DNA of 64,000 bases. Source: the human T2T-CHM13v2.0 reference genome, Homo sapiens. The DNA is taken from assembly GCF_009914755.1 (NCBI RefSeq), contig NC_060944.1; one strand, 5' to 3'. A model generated the notes under the pieces. The model saw only the letters and a list, made by a program, of their open reading frames with translations, did not search any database and had not been told where the DNA came from. Of the stretch, positions 63,505 through 64,000 are shown in pieces. Every line of letters starts with the position of its first letter. The stretch's first letter is position 1. The position numbers and the translations under genes were made by a program.

Positions 63505-64000
63505 TCCCCTCTCACTTTTCTTTTTGGTCTCATTTGATCATTTCATTGAATGGCTAGAATATGTTTATCACTATGAAGTTGGATCCTGCACTGTAGATTT
63601 GTGTGCATGCATGTGCACATGTATGGTAAATAGAGAAGTCTTTCTCTTATGCCAAGTTTTAATTTCTCATTATTCAAGATCATGCGCTTTAGACAAAATC
63701 AAGTAAGGATGACAATGAACTGAACACACAATTTTTACCTGTGCCAATTTTCTCAATGTTCTGTGCTACAAAAAGCAATGATACTAAAACTGACTGGACA
63801 TGGCATTCATCACTTAGAATGTAAAAGTCCTGTACCTTCTTTGAAGCACACTTGGGAAAATCATTTTGAGGCAATAATGCTTCAAGAGTGGCAAAGAGCT
63901 GTGGTCTATTAGCTTTTCCATTGGGCAACCAGGGATGTTGCCATTTATCTTCATTTATGATGCCCATTCCTCCCAGAGAAGGCCCAAGCATGTCAACTGA

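Overview
This window looks like primate, almost certainly human, non-coding genomic DNA (intergenic or deep intronic). It is AT-rich, CpG-depleted, has no CpG island, and a large part is interspersed repeat. I find no credible protein-coding gene, tRNA, rRNA or CRISPR array; the longer ORFs come from Alu, L1 ORF2 remnants or simple repeats. Recognisable content: 7 Alus, many old L1 fragments, a young twin-primed (5'-inverted) L1PA, two internally deleted L1s that keep their 5' ends, six solo LTRs with readable target-site duplications (MLT2A2, HERV-H LTR7, MER11, MER61, THE1B, LTR8A), older MaLR/ERV LTRs, hAT and mariner MITEs, MIR/L2/CR1 relics and several STRs/VNTRs. The best leads are: (1) three near-perfect RFX X-boxes in unique sequence, one in a CCAAT/X-box/CCAAT/splice-donor arrangement resembling an unannotated promoter and first exon; (2) a MADE1 hairpin whose two arms share the same four departures from consensus, a candidate miR-548-type precursor or a case of arm-to-arm conversion; (3) a post-insertion micro-inversion inside an old L1. 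All repeat names come from recalled consensus sequences, not a database search, so subfamily labels and boundaries of old repeats are approximate. I could not identify the locus.
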